DNA from: Deltaproteobacteria bacterium
Lineage (GTDB): Bacteria; Desulfobacterota; Desulfovibrionia; Desulfovibrionales; Desulfovibrionaceae
Direction: 5' to 3'
Length of the DNA stretch: 30,396 nucleotides
Assembly (NCBI GenBank): GCA_031264465.1
Contig: JAISDX010000129.1
Span: 1 to 30,396 of the forward strand
In this document: piece after piece, positions 30,084 to 30,396 of the stretch
Layout of the letters: each line of letters opens with the position of its first letter
Numbering within the stretch: the first letter of the stretch is position 1
Notes under the pieces: generated by a model
The model's database searches: none
Seen by the model: only the letters and a program-made list of their open reading frames with translations
Told to the model about the DNA's origin: nothing
Position numbers and translations under genes: made by a program

Positions 30084-30396
30084 TCAGATTTTCCGGCCCA
30101 CAAGTTGAATGATATTGAAATATTTTCCGGCTCCCGCCTGCATCATGGGAATATCCCCCTGAGCATGTGGGTTGGGAGATTGCAGCCAGTCGTCCCACGC
30201 CTGTTGGCATGAGTTCATTTCACGCAGCCCGGTAATCGCTATGCCGGGTTCTTTTTCCCATAGCGCCCGCCACCAGCCGCAGGAATAAAAATACCACTCT
30301 GGCGTCCAGTAGGGCTGGATTTCCTCCGGCAACCGCCCTTCAGGGAAATCTTGTATAAATCCAGGCACGGCAACCGCCACAAGGCCGCCTTTTTTC
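30084..30396 (-). CDS. Trp-rich hypothetical protein, probably 5'-truncated by the window edge
   Basis: The frame stays open from the GTG at 30380 to the window end. The composition is unusual (PYWTPEWYFYSCGWWRALWEK). No domain recognised. Confidence 0.3.
   Translation of the reverse strand, partial: KKGGLVAVAVPGFIQDFPEGRLPEEIQPYWTPEWYFYSCGWWRALWEKEPGIAITGLREMNSCQQAWDDWLQSPNPHAQGDIPMMQAGAGKYFNIIQLVGRKI

Overview
This is a 30.4 kb high-GC (about 65%) bacterial chromosomal segment with dense coding on both strands. I saw no rRNA, tRNA, CRISPR array, integrase or transposase.

Gene order as I read it:
- 1..7339 (+): a 5'-truncated NfeD-like membrane protein (1..324), a 620-aa flotillin/SPFH protein, and a 1687-aa soluble protein whose only recognisable module is a C-terminal MoxR/AAA_5-type P-loop ATPase. 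This three-gene operon is the most unusual part of the window.
- 7600..8685 (+): branched-chain aminotransferase (ilvE), followed by a bidirectional terminator at 8705..8730.
- 8756..9277 (-): a lipoprotein, with a perfect tandem 15-bp repeat in its leader.
- 9392..10822 (-): a PAS-containing sigma-54 activator, divergent from a textbook sigma-54 promoter (TGGCAC-N5-TTGC at 10980..10994).
- 11125..13698 (+): an ornithine-cyclodeaminase/mu-crystallin-family gene and the branched-chain amino-acid carrier brnQ, downstream of that promoter.
- 14054..17247 (+): a C1/tetrahydrofolate cluster, fhs-fchA-folD.
- 17295..17906 (-): a secreted M23 peptidase.
- 18126..20485 (-): four genes in a row. An AlpA/Xis-type HTH protein, a hypothetical protein with its own terminator, a small CBM48/AMPK-beta-like glycogen-binding-domain protein, and a translationally coupled SAM methyltransferase.
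- 20486..20709: an anomalously AT-rich 224-bp divergent control region.
- 20758..28540 (+): two paralogous membrane hybrid histidine kinases in tandem, the second carrying a C-terminal HPt domain, followed by a J-domain protein.
- 28738..30396 (-): an orphan family-3 amino-acid-binding lipoprotein and two small hypothetical ORFs.

The many long antisense ORFs are high-GC shadow frames. Every assignment rests on motif recognition by eye; no database search or computation was possible.
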